Shown here piece by piece: positions 63,969 to 64,000 of a stretch of 64,000 bases of DNA (position 1 is its first letter; every line of letters starts with the position of its first letter). Origin of the DNA: a virus; IMG/VR virus record IMGVR_UViG_3300021171_000010, positions 1 to 64,000 of that record. One strand, given 5' to 3'. A program made the translations under genes and the position numbers. The notes beneath the pieces are model-generated. The model was given only the letters and a program-made list of their open reading frames with translations. It was not told the origin of the DNA and searched no databases.

Positions 63969-64000
63969 TCGAAAATCTCCGGGGTGGCGTTGGCTTGATT

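Overview
The window is a large piece of a tailed dsDNA phage genome with podovirus-like gene order and no host-chromosome genes. The + strand (1-43.6 kb) carries a serine recombinase, a tmRNA, two tRNA-like genes, two secreted FN3 proteins, terminase, portal and scaffold. After these come a GDP-fucose (fcl/gmd) plus three-glycosyltransferase cluster inserted into the head module, the major capsid protein, paralogous fibre/decoration proteins, a holin and a lipoprotein. The strand ends with collagen- and Cys-rich fibres, tail tube/nozzle, a GNAT, ejection proteins and a 2636-aa modular polyvalent protein. The - strand (43.5-64 kb) carries replication and metabolism genes: RuvC-like resolvase, a phage sigma factor, primase-helicase, family A DNA polymerase, SSB-like protein, Cas4-like exonuclease, SF2 helicase, dNTP diphosphohydrolase, DUF4406 and a dNMP kinase. 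Eight free-standing HNH endonucleases occur, six of them HNH-AP2. The most notable observations are: (1) a candidate virion-fucosylation system; (2) a reduced tmRNA with a predicted 40-codon tag; (3) a polyvalent protein whose enzyme domains are separated by a recurring Q-F-x-P motif; and (4) a phage sigma factor together with an ACT(A/G)TT(A/T) motif 4-5 nt before late start codons. All calls rest on motif reading by eye; no database search was run.
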